A stretch of DNA of 64,000 bases. It comes from Patescibacteria group bacterium (GTDB taxonomy: Bacteria > Patescibacteriota > JAHJAL01). Positions 29,527 through 38,013 of this stretch are shown piece after piece. Both the position numbers and the translations under genes were made by a program. Numbering within the stretch: position 1 is the stretch's first letter; each line of letters opens with the position of its first letter. The stretch spans positions 158,132-222,131 of the forward strand of contig JBMORM010000009.1 in NCBI GenBank assembly GCA_049322675.1, read 5' to 3'. Under the pieces are notes generated by a model. It saw only the letters and a program-made list of their open reading frames with translations. It was not told the origin of the DNA and made no database searches.

Positions 29527-29910
29527 TTAATTCCAAAAATTGAACATTTTTGTAAATATGACTCTATCAATAAATGCTGCCGATAGTACTCCGCTCGCGT
29601 AGGCCAAAAAATCGAATGGGTCAAAGATGCTTGCCAAGGCATAAATGCCGAAATACTGCAAGATTTCTGATGTCGAGACGAGTAAGAATACGGCGGTTGC
29701 TTTCCGGTACCAAGGACGCAAGAAGGTGTATTTATCCTCTAATGTTTTCAAGAGGAAATAAAAGCCTAAAGGTAGCACAATGTCAGCGTAGTAGCCATGA
29801 AAGAACCGATGAAAACTATCACTCGCCCAGTCCGCACCGATCACTAATCCAAGCGCTATTAAGAGTTGGACGCAAACTATTACTATTTTCTTTTTTGCTT
29901 TAAATTTCAT
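29527..29910 (-). CDS. Membrane protein (DUF2809-like), cassette gene
   Basis: 4 TM segments, SEILQY, FDPFDFLAY. Confidence 0.75.
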   Translation of the reverse strand: MKFKAKKKIVIVCVQLLIALGLVIGADWASDSFHRFFHGYYADIVLPLGFYFLLKTLEDKYTFLRPWYRKATAVFLLVSTSEILQYFGIYALASIFDPFDFLAYASGVLSAAFIDRVIFTKMFNFWN

Positions 29911-29936
29911 TTGAATACATATTTTTTATTGCACTT

Positions 29937-30008
29937 CGCCTAATCATTCATCTAAACAAAGGAATATAATTTGGGCGGAGGCCATACCCGGATATGCCGT
30001 GTTGGCTG
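29937..30008 (-). repeat. Degenerate attC-like site
   Basis: gggcggaggc and ggatatgccgtgtt match the corresponding parts of 34061-34165. Confidence 0.65.
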
Positions 30009-30055
30009 ATGTATTTTTTTGTTTTTTGACAATAGTGAATTGTTTAAAAGAATTT

Positions 30056-30826
30056 TTAAGTTTTTTTACTTCTCATTTTTCTTGAAAATAAAAATACTGA
30101 TGTCGCTAAAAATACCAAGAGACAAAGAGCAGTAGTCCAAATGATGCTGGGGTATTTTCCGGCAAATCCACCAGCCGAAAGGTGTTTGAAAAGAATAGCA
30201 CCATATGCCCAAATCAGTACGAGTCCATAGGGAATAAAGCGGTCCCGAAGCAGACGCCATGAGCCGATCAGTGTTCCGATCAAGAGGACTGCGACTGTCC
30301 AAAAAACTTCTGACAAACCAAATCCGTTCCACCCAAGATAGACGAGAAAAATGGTAACGTTGGCAATCGTGGCAACAGTGATCCAGCCAAAATAGACACT
30401 AAATGGCAAACGAACAAGCCAGATTTCTTTTGGAGTAGTGGCTCTGCCGCGGAAAATATCAGCGATCTTGATAAGAGTGATCAATAATCCAGCCATAATG
30501 ATTACAGAAAGCCAAATCAAATCATAGTGCCAGGCAAATATCCAGGAGGCGTTGAGCAAGGCATTGGTAATAAAAATACGGTTTATCCGGCCGAGCAGGT
30601 CATTTTTGCTTGGCCAGAGTTGATAAATAACATAAATTCCGAGGAGAGCGTATATTAATCCCCAAATAGAGAACGCATAGCCGGACGGGGCAAATAAGTT
30701 GGCGTAATTGTCGGATATTTCTCCCGTACTCCTCCCGCCAAGCGGAAGAGTTACGGCGAGATAATTGGTTGCCACCATGATCAGATAAGATATAAGGGTG
30801 GAGATTTTTATAATTTTTGTATTCAT
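30056..30826 (-). CDS. Tryptophan-rich sensory/TspO-like membrane protein, cassette gene
   Basis: FAPSGYAFSIWGLIY, LNASWIFAW, VYFGWITVATIAN. Confidence 0.8.
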   Translation of the reverse strand: MNTKIIKISTLISYLIMVATNYLAVTLPLGGRSTGEISDNYANLFAPSGYAFSIWGLIYALLGIYVIYQLWPSKNDLLGRINRIFITNALLNASWIFAWHYDLIWLSVIIMAGLLITLIKIADIFRGRATTPKEIWLVRLPFSVYFGWITVATIANVTIFLVYLGWNGFGLSEVFWTVAVLLIGTLIGSWRLLRDRFIPYGLVLIWAYGAILFKHLSAGGFAGKYPSIIWTTALCLLVFLATSVFLFSRKMRSKKT

Positions 30827-30861
30827 GGTTTTATTATAACCTTTTTTGTTTATTGATTTTT

Positions 30862-31221
30862 TTAATTTAATTCTTTTAAAGCCGAGGAAATATTACTTAA
30901 AAAGATGATTCTTTTTGATTTGTTTGTTTCACGTATAAAACTTTTGAAATTTTCACTAGCAATATCGCTAAAATCTCCCAGTATGATTAATCGGGTGTGA
31001 TAATTGATAAATTTTTGCAAAATCGAACCGGCGATTTTCGTTTTCAAATCAAAAAAACCGGCGCACAAATTTTGGCGACGCAAGATTATTGTTTTGGTAC
31101 CATATTTGTATCCAAGATTGGCCATCAAATCCAAAGCGTCTTGTTCGTCTTTAATCAAAACCTCATCAGCGATGATTTCTGCAGCTGTATCATTAGACAA
31201 ATTGTGTTGGATAATTTTCAT
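30862..31221 (-). CDS. DUF4180 family protein
   Basis: QDALDL, FFDLKTKIAGSILQKFINY, SFIRETN. Confidence 0.85.
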   Translation of the reverse strand: MKIIQHNLSNDTAAEIIADEVLIKDEQDALDLMANLGYKYGTKTIILRRQNLCAGFFDLKTKIAGSILQKFINYHTRLIILGDFSDIASENFKSFIRETNKSKRIIFLSNISSALKELN

Positions 31222-31329
31222 TTTTAAATCTTGGTATTGGTAAGATTGTTTGATGTTGAAAGTACGGCGTTGTTAGGAAAGTTTAAGGATATGCGATGTT
31301 TTGCGATGTGAAACAGAGCAAAGCAAACC

Positions 31330-31560
31330 TTAATCTTTTTGAAAAGTCTTTATCCATAAAAAGATGGTAAGTCCAAATAATGAAAATAGTTTTAACCAGG
31401 CTAATAGCAGAAAAAAGTATCCTCCATACAAAATATCTGGCGATGTAGCATATTCATCAACATAAATCCCCATTTGGGCAAATAAAACTAATTCCATGAC
31501 GAGAATAACGCTACTTAAAAGTGATGTCATTAAAAGCAATTTTTTATCATTTTTATACAT
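31330..31560 (-). CDS. Small membrane protein, cassette gene
   Basis: 2 TM segments; RBS aagga; begins just after the attC-like site. Confidence 0.65.
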   Translation of the reverse strand: MYKNDKKLLLMTSLLSSVILVMELVLFAQMGIYVDEYATSPDILYGGYFFLLLAWLKLFSLFGLTIFLWIKTFQKD

Positions 31561-31613
31561 AAATTCCTTTTTAAAGATCTCTGCAAATCACGAAATTGTA
31601 AAAAAATGGGTAA

Positions 31614-31730
31614 CATATAACGTTTAAGAATATCCGAAGTTCATTGTAGTGTAGCGGAAATGAATTTGGGTCGAGAAAATTTTTCACTCCTTATTAATAA
31701 ATTTTAGAGCCAGATATTCTTTGTTAGACA
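31614..31730 (-). repeat. attC-like site
   Basis: catataac..gaatatc ... gtagcgga ... gatattc..gttagac; lies 30 bp after the SDR stop. Confidence 0.75.
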
Positions 31731-31760
31731 ATATAATTATAACAACACTCCTTATCGTAT

Positions 31761-32507
31761 TTATTTTAACAAAATACCGCCGCTTACATTGATATTTTCT
31801 CCATTAATGAAATCTGCCTTATCTGAGATTAAAAATAAAACAGCATTGGCTATGTCTTCGGGAAGCCCGACTCTTTTTGATGGATTATTTTCAGCATAAG
31901 CATCAAACTCTTCTTTGGGACAAATTTTCTCGGTCAAAGGTGTGCGTGTCAAGCTGGGGCTAATCGTATTAACTTTGATACCATATTTGGCCAGGCCAAG
32001 CGCACTAACTTTGGTCAGCATAATCACACCAGCTTCGGCACAACAGTAGGCTGGTATTTCATCATCAGGTTTGGTTCCAAATCTGGAAGCAATATTGATA
32101 ATACGAGGGCTTTCCGATTTTTTTAAAAGAGGTGTTAAATGTTTGGTGCAAAGATATTTGCCGGTTAAATTTATATTTACTATTTTTAACCAGTCATCAG
32201 TCGAATAATCTTCAAACTCTTTAACAACATTAATGCCAGCATTGTTAATGAGATAATCTAATTTGCCAAATTTCTCTTTTAAAAAAATTGACATTCGCTC
32301 GACATCTTTTTCTTTGCTTACATCGGCTTTAAAAATCACGGCTTGACCGCCTGCATCTTCAATTGTTTTCTGCACTTTTTTTGCGTCATCTTCGGATTTT
32401 GAATAATTAACACAAACTGCTACGCCTTGTTTGGCGAGTTGAATAGCAATTTCCTTGCCAATACCCGAAGATGATCCGGTTATTAAGGCTGTTTTGTTAT
32501 TGATCAT
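31761..32507 (-). CDS. SDR-family oxidoreductase (FabG-like), cassette gene
   Basis: TGSSSGIG, NNAG, IINIAS, FINGENINVSGG. Confidence 0.92.
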   Translation of the reverse strand: MINNKTALITGSSSGIGKEIAIQLAKQGVAVCVNYSKSEDDAKKVQKTIEDAGGQAVIFKADVSKEKDVERMSIFLKEKFGKLDYLINNAGINVVKEFEDYSTDDWLKIVNINLTGKYLCTKHLTPLLKKSESPRIINIASRFGTKPDDEIPAYCCAEAGVIMLTKVSALGLAKYGIKVNTISPSLTRTPLTEKICPKEEFDAYAENNPSKRVGLPEDIANAVLFLISDKADFINGENINVSGGILLK

Positions 32508-32530
32508 AGATTTGAGAAAGTAATTTTATT

Positions 32531-32605
32531 TAGATAATGTCCCGACGGATTGCTGGTCTCGCCGACGAATAAGGGAAGGAGAAAGTCGACATACGTTGTT
32601 ATGTA
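32531..32605 (-). repeat. Degenerate attC-like site
   Basis: agataatgtc ... gacatacgttgttatgta between two cassette genes. Confidence 0.45.
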
Positions 32606-32610
32606 CAATA

Positions 32611-33009
32611 TTACTCGGAGTTTGCTTCTAACTCTATTAGAATTTCTTCTTTATTTTTTACTCTAATAAAATACTGCTCGTAATCTTTTGGAAATACTAT
32701 TGTTTTCTTTATTGGTTTAAGTTCTCCTTCATAAGCATATTGTCCTCGACATCCTTCAATTGGGTTTTTAACTTCTACTTCGTAAACATAACCTGCTTTT
32801 GGTTTTAAATCTCCTAAAATTACTAATTTGTTTTCAGATACACCAAAAGCTGTTTTTCCTTTTAGTGTTTTTCCAATAGCATATAATGAAGCATGAAGAA
32901 AAGTTTTAGTTAGAAAAACACCGGTTATGTTTTCGAATTCATTCATTCCTTTTGCCTTTTGTGGTTTCAGGACATCGAAATTTTGTGGAGAACCATGATA
33001 TAGTTTCAT
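32611..33009 (-). CDS. Hypothetical protein, possible ADP-ribosyltransferase fold
   Basis: LYHGS, GVFLT..A..YA, GYVYEV; RBS aggag. Confidence 0.55.
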   Translation of the reverse strand: MKLYHGSPQNFDVLKPQKAKGMNEFENITGVFLTKTFLHASLYAIGKTLKGKTAFGVSENKLVILGDLKPKAGYVYEVEVKNPIEGCRGQYAYEGELKPIKKTIVFPKDYEQYFIRVKNKEEILIELEANSE

Positions 33010-33098
33010 AATTAAAATATAAGACTACTCCTTATATATTTGTCGCAAACTCCTGCGTAGATAATAGTGTTATATAAAATTTCGTCGGGCAAGCGTGT

Positions 33099-33587
33099 TC
33101 ATATCTTAGTGCAATCTATACCGTTAATTATTAATGTAATTAAACCTTTTATTTCGTTAAAATTATATTGAAAAAACTCTAGGAAGCTAAGATTGTTTTT
33201 GCATTTTTTGAATTCAAGCTTTTTGCCTGGCATGACTTTTTTAAATATATATTTTGATCTTCGAAGATGATGCGGCGAAGTTACAACTATTGCTGATTCA
33301 AAACTATTATCATCCAATAATTTTTTGCAATATACTGCATTGCCGATTGTAGTATTGGCTTGTTCTTCTAAAATAATATCTGCGTCCGCTACGCCAAATT
33401 TGACCGCGTATTCAGCCATAAATTTTGCCTCGGACAAATCTTTATTTGTCTTGAATCCGCCGGTAAAAATAATCTTGGTTTTTTCTTGTTTATAAAGATC
33501 TACCGCTTTTTCGGTACGTAGTTTCATGTTTTCAATAGTTCTGGGCTTTAAGAAAGTATCACCCAAACAAATTATTATTTTTTTCAT
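33099..33587 (-). CDS. YdcF/DUF218 family protein, cassette gene
   Basis: IICLG, IIFTGG, SEA..M, ILEEQANTTIGNA, VTSPHHLRR. Confidence 0.9.
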   Translation of the reverse strand: MKKIIICLGDTFLKPRTIENMKLRTEKAVDLYKQEKTKIIFTGGFKTNKDLSEAKFMAEYAVKFGVADADIILEEQANTTIGNAVYCKKLLDDNSFESAIVVTSPHHLRRSKYIFKKVMPGKKLEFKKCKNNLSFLEFFQYNFNEIKGLITLIINGIDCTKI

Positions 33588-33625
33588 GATTTTTTGTTTA
33601 ACATTTTGGTCGCTAGATAAAATTT

Positions 33626-33670
33626 CGTATAACATTTAAGAGTATATGAAGTTTTTGCGAGTTGTTATCT
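33626..33670 (-). repeat. Short (internally deleted) attC-like site
   Basis: cgtataac-atttaagagtatatgaa...-gttatct directly after the cupin stop codon. Confidence 0.6.
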
Positions 33671-33672
33671 TG

Positions 33673-34032
33673 CTATCTAGAAGGGTATCTAATAACCAAT
33701 AAAAGACTATCTTCCGATGCTTCTGCTTTATGACTAGTCTGACTTGCGTCATAGAAAACAAAATCACCAAGTTGAGCAAGAGTAACCTCTTGATTTAGCT
33801 CGGGAAATCGAATAAAGAATTTTCCACTGATAAGGATTGTAAATGTTTTTGTCGTAGATGTTGCTGACAATCCAGGTTTTATGTCGCCTTTTTTATGTCT
33901 AGCCCATTTGAGTTCGACATCATCACTCAAAAACTCTGGATATTTAGCCATGAAGCAACCCAAAAACCAGCCTTTTGTTTCAGGGTGCGAGACTATTTGT
34001 TGGTCAAGGTTTCCAGTTATTATTTTTTTCAT
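33673..34032 (-). CDS. Cupin-like protein, cassette gene
   Basis: GWFLGCF, ELKWARH, ILISGKF, GDFV, VIRYPS. Confidence 0.75.
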   Translation of the reverse strand: MKKIITGNLDQQIVSHPETKGWFLGCFMAKYPEFLSDDVELKWARHKKGDIKPGLSATSTTKTFTILISGKFFIRFPELNQEVTLAQLGDFVFYDASQTSHKAEASEDSLLLVIRYPSR

Positions 34033-34060
34033 AAGGCAAGAAAGGATTAAATTTTTATTT

Positions 34061-34165
34061 CAGATAACTCGTTTCGGCATATCTGATGTTTGCCGTAGCG
34101 TAGCGGAGGCAAATATGGGTGGAGGCTTTGTATAAAAGCCTCCACCAGATATGCCGTGTTATATG
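34061..34165 (-). repeat. Intact branched attC-like site
   Basis: ataac/gttat and cggcatatct/agatatgccg stems enclosing two hairpins (atgtttgcc/ggcaaatat; ggtggaggcttt/aaagcctccacc). Confidence 0.8.
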
Positions 34166-34232
34166 ATGTATGCTTTTCTTTTTGTCTCGCCTTAGCGAGA
34201 CCACTTTTCTGTAATGAACAAATTTTATTTTT
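34158..34232. repeat. Left long inverted repeat of the first cassette
   Basis: 34158-34183 matches rc(37883-37908) at 23/26; 34202-34232 matches rc(37837-37867) at 30/31. Confidence 0.9.
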
Positions 34233-34286
34233 GTCTTGGCGTAGGGGCAGAGGGGCCGGGGGTGAATGCCCCGGAGCCAAGACTCC

Positions 34287-34976
34287 TTATTCTATTTTAT
34301 CTGATTTTGCTAAATTACATTTTGCACAAAGTAATCTTATATTTTTAGCAGTTAAGCTGGTTCCGCCTCTTGAGAACGGCAAATCATGATCAAAATGTAA
34401 ATTTTTTGTTGAGCCACACAAAACACATTTCCCTCCGTCTCTTTTCCAAACTTCTTTCTTTACTTCACTCGGGATAAGTCTTGTATGCGCAAGATCTATG
34501 TGTTCATTTGTAGTTAAATCCTGTTCGTCTGATAATTTTAGTGTAAATACAAACACATTTCTTTTGCCGTCATTTTTAATATTGTAATCAATCAAATCAA
34601 ATAAACCTTTTAGTGACCATACGCCAGGCAAAATCTTTTCATAGACTTTGACTGTTTCGGCCTCGGAAATTCTATTTTTAAAATTTTCTACTGCTTTGAT
34701 AAATTTTCCATTTTGAGTTAGTGTGCCATTTCTGGTTTGTTGTGGCTGGTCGAGTAATTTTGGATTCATTTCATAAGAAGTTTTTGGCTCGTCATGTCCT
34801 TCATATTCAATAGTAATTCCATCATCAGAAATGCTGTCGCTATAAGGTGCGTTTGATCTTCGCGACATTAAAATAACTGAATATCTTGGATTCATTCTAA
34901 AATTCATACCTCGTTGCAAGGTCTGAACGCTTTCTAAATCGCACATTTCTCGGTATGAATATATTTGATCTATCAT
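34287..34976 (-). CDS. HNH endonuclease with an SRA/PUA-like N-terminal domain
   Basis: C-terminal VWKRDGGKCVLCG..HFDHDLP..GG..NIRLLCAKCN; N-terminal APYSD..IEYEGHD resembles SRA-like domains (inference). Confidence 0.85.
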   Translation of the reverse strand: MIDQIYSYREMCDLESVQTLQRGMNFRMNPRYSVILMSRRSNAPYSDSISDDGITIEYEGHDEPKTSYEMNPKLLDQPQQTRNGTLTQNGKFIKAVENFKNRISEAETVKVYEKILPGVWSLKGLFDLIDYNIKNDGKRNVFVFTLKLSDEQDLTTNEHIDLAHTRLIPSEVKKEVWKRDGGKCVLCGSTKNLHFDHDLPFSRGGTSLTAKNIRLLCAKCNLAKSDKIE

Positions 34977-34982
34977 ATGTTA

Positions 34983-37775
34983 TTAAAATCCGTATTTTTC
35001 TTTTCTTAATTTAAAGGCGTCTTTGCCGCCCTCAGTAACCAGGGTAATCTCTTCCTTAATTGTTTGTTTATCGATCGCTCCAGAATCTTTGATTGTGCCC
35101 CGAGTTTGATCTCCTGTCTTTACATAGTCACAACATACTACAAGTTCGGCGTCCCCATTTACAACAAAGTTTGCACTATGACTAGCAAAGATAAGTTGGC
35201 GTTTGCTTTTAGCTTTCCATATTTGCTGAACAATATCTGGACTCATCTTGCTATCAATGTCGTCCTCTGGTTGATCGATAATAAGGGGTGCGCCATTTTG
35301 GTTAAGCAAAACAGTAAGCAAGGCTGTAGCTTGCTGACCTGCCGATGCTTCAGAAAACTCAATATACTCGCTCGTATCTTTGTTTGTGCAATAAGAAAAT
35401 TTTGGATTGAACTCCAGTTCAGCAACCGAAAGTTCGATCCATTTTGTAGAGTTGAAGTTGGTCGCTATTCTTGTGCGTTCGTTTTCGATAAACCCACACT
35501 TGCTGAGAATGTGAGTATCCGGCATTCCATCTGGGCCATCCACAGAGTGGAGGGCAAGCTTTTCAAGTTCTTCGAGAATACCGTTCCATTCGGCAATAGG
35601 ATCGGCTGCACCTACAATAGACTGGCAGATTTTTTCAATCTTCTCCTCTTTGATATTCATGCCGGTAAACGCTGCCTTAAATTGTTGAGTTAGAGCTTTT
35701 GTATTAAGACTGCTTTTAATATCCGCCTTGATTAATCCATCTGATAGCGTAGTAAATTGAACGCATTGTGTTTCGAGGGCACTAACTTTCTGTGAGTGTA
35801 TTTCATCCCACTTTTTCCTGAGCTCTTTGTATGTTTTTTCTGGATCACCAAGAGCCATGACAGCATTGCGTTTTTCGGCTTGAGCTTTTTTCAATATTCC
35901 AATTCGTTTTTCGATTGTCTGAATTTGATCAAGTTGTTGTTGGTTGACTTTCGCCGCAGCTTTTGCCGCCTCGTATTTTTTATCAAATCTCTCTTTGAGA
36001 TTCTTCCATACTTTGATTTCAGTATTAATGTCATTAAGCGAAGCGGGATTAAAGAGATTAGAAAGTGCGGTAACACCGGCTTCTACCTCACTAAACTTTG
36101 AAGCATACTTTGCCTGTATGTTTCCGATAAGGACTTTATTCTCTAAATCAACATCTTCATTTTCGCCCTTTTCGCTTGCCAATGTTTTAGCGAGATTATC
36201 AACATGTGCCTGTGTAGTCTCGAGTTCGTTCTTTAGGTTTTCGATAATAGCCTCTTCGTTGTCAAATTTTGCCTTTTGGTCGATAGTCCTCTGATCATCC
36301 TCCGAAAGACCTTTTAGACTTTTCCTTAAGCCAGTTAATTGTTCGGTTAGAGAGGCAATTTCAACTGCGTTTTTTTCAATTTCTGTATCGATTTCCTTTC
36401 TTCGAATTAAATCCCCATAGGATGAGCGAATTTTTGCCTCCGTATCACGAATTTCTGACCGAACACGATCGAGCTCCTGCTTAATAGGAAGCTCAACAAA
36501 ACGTTTAAGCTCATCGATTCGATCCCCAACGCGACTAAGTTGTTTCTGACTGTACGCCTGAATAGGAAGTAAATTCCTTATCTGCTGTTCGGTGGCAGAA
36601 GTAAAGTCTCCATCGCCAATTTTTAATAAAATTTCCTGTTTCTTTGAGCTCCGCTTTACGATATGCCTTACATTGTTCAGCAAGAAAGTAATATGCACTT
36701 CTCCATCGAAATCTTGGAGCGTATTTTTAATTAGATTTTTTCGTTTGTTTTGTACTGAGTCCTCCTCTTCACTTTCGACTGACTGATCGCACAAACCCCA
36801 TCGGAGATATTCAAGAATTGTAGACTTACCGGTACCTCGCCCACCAATAATAGCATTGTATTGCTGATTTAGATCAAGCGACACATTGCCGAGAAATTTA
36901 GAACTGGAGACGCTAATGGAAGTGATCCAGATATTTGGCAATTGTGGCTCATCTTGAGATAAACGAGACTCTCTAGCCAAACATGCCTGTCTCAATGCCT
37001 CGGCAGTTGGTTCAGACCACTTAACCCAAGTAGTGTGTTTGCCAAGATCATCGTGGTTTCTTTTGCGGTTATCAGAAGTCTGAAAGACGCCAATAGCTTT
37101 AAACCCATAGTCTCGATTTTTTCCTTCTATAATGGAGGCGTTTCCTGTCCCAAAATTAGAAATCGGTCCATCAGTATATCCACCCACGCATGGCATAGTT
37201 TTATAAAAATTCCCGAAACCAGTGCGCAACATTGTGCCGTGACCAGTCTCGCTGACATTTGGTAAAACAATAAATCTGCCCTTTATGTGTTCGTGGCTGT
37301 TTAATTTTTCGTAAAGATCAGAGAGATCACCGATTACATTTTGCGGAACTCGTTGGATTGTTGCATGTTTTGCATCTACGGAAGGGGCAGGAGAGATTGC
37401 AAGTGCAGTAAGAACGCTTTGCAATAAATTTTCTGGAAAGTTTGCATCTAAGAGTAAAATTACCTGGCAAGCAGGAGCGGTTAAGGTAAGCTCGATGCCG
37501 GGGAAAACAACAATTCTCTTGTCCTCAGGGACTGATTGACCCGTATCATCCAATTCATCTTGAGCGGCTTTTTTTATGAATGGGAAAAACGCGAAATCAT
37601 GATGATCCGTAATTGCAATTGCTCCCAATCCTTTCTGTCGACATGCTAAAATTAGCTCCTCGGCATATGTTTTTCGATCTGCGTCAGTAACAGCCTCGCC
37701 ACCACTCCATCGAGCGTCTCGCGGTGTGTGTACTTGAAAATCAGATTTATAGAAGTGTGCACCTTTATCATTCAT
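34983..37775 (-). CDS. PHP-domain plus SMC/ABC-like ATPase (TrlF/Ppl-like architecture)
   Basis: PHP motifs DFQVHTP, AITDHH, GIEL, TSD; Walker A GGRGTGKST; coiled coil; SAGQ; IIDQPEDD; ASH; EGGKDAF. Confidence 0.88.
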   Translation of the reverse strand: MNDKGAHFYKSDFQVHTPRDARWSGGEAVTDADRKTYAEELILACRQKGLGAIAITDHHDFAFFPFIKKAAQDELDDTGQSVPEDKRIVVFPGIELTLTAPACQVILLLDANFPENLLQSVLTALAISPAPSVDAKHATIQRVPQNVIGDLSDLYEKLNSHEHIKGRFIVLPNVSETGHGTMLRTGFGNFYKTMPCVGGYTDGPISNFGTGNASIIEGKNRDYGFKAIGVFQTSDNRKRNHDDLGKHTTWVKWSEPTAEALRQACLARESRLSQDEPQLPNIWITSISVSSSKFLGNVSLDLNQQYNAIIGGRGTGKSTILEYLRWGLCDQSVESEEEDSVQNKRKNLIKNTLQDFDGEVHITFLLNNVRHIVKRSSKKQEILLKIGDGDFTSATEQQIRNLLPIQAYSQKQLSRVGDRIDELKRFVELPIKQELDRVRSEIRDTEAKIRSSYGDLIRRKEIDTEIEKNAVEIASLTEQLTGLRKSLKGLSEDDQRTIDQKAKFDNEEAIIENLKNELETTQAHVDNLAKTLASEKGENEDVDLENKVLIGNIQAKYASKFSEVEAGVTALSNLFNPASLNDINTEIKVWKNLKERFDKKYEAAKAAAKVNQQQLDQIQTIEKRIGILKKAQAEKRNAVMALGDPEKTYKELRKKWDEIHSQKVSALETQCVQFTTLSDGLIKADIKSSLNTKALTQQFKAAFTGMNIKEEKIEKICQSIVGAADPIAEWNGILEELEKLALHSVDGPDGMPDTHILSKCGFIENERTRIATNFNSTKWIELSVAELEFNPKFSYCTNKDTSEYIEFSEASAGQQATALLTVLLNQNGAPLIIDQPEDDIDSKMSPDIVQQIWKAKSKRQLIFASHSANFVVNGDAELVVCCDYVKTGDQTRGTIKDSGAIDKQTIKEEITLVTEGGKDAFKLRKEKYGF

Positions 37776-37836
37776 ATTTTAATAAATTAATTTTCGGAGC
37801 GAAGCGGAGAAAATACCTTATACCCCCCTAAAAAAT

Positions 37837-37908
37837 AAAAATAAAATTTGTTCATTATAGAAAAGTGTTAGACGTTAGCCGTAAAAAGAAAAGCATATTT
37901 CGTATAAC
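37837..37908. repeat. Right long inverted repeat of the first cassette
   Basis: Reverse complement of 34158-34232, with a different central spacer. Confidence 0.9.
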
Positions 37909-37967
37909 TCGTTTATATACGAATAAAAGCGAAATATAATATAAAAATTTGTAGTATATGCGAATAA
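37900..37967 (-). promoter_or_regulatory. Candidate attI-like recombination site
   Basis: tcgtata-actcgttta-tatacga dyad containing GTTATAC on the minus strand; direct repeat tatatRcgaataa at 37914 and 37955; directly upstream of the integrase. Confidence 0.55.
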
Positions 37968-38013
37968 TTTGATAATATTTAACTAGTTTAATTTTATCTT
38001 TGTTATCCTTTTT

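Noticed and set aside
34047-34389. ORFs 34047..34280 and 34156..34389
   Set aside because: They span the attC-like site and the inverted-repeat hairpins, so they are probably spurious
37957-37984. dif-like site (tgcgaataa...) with the integrase as chromosomal XerC/D
   Set aside because: The XerD arm matches poorly, and the cassette context fits an attI-like site better
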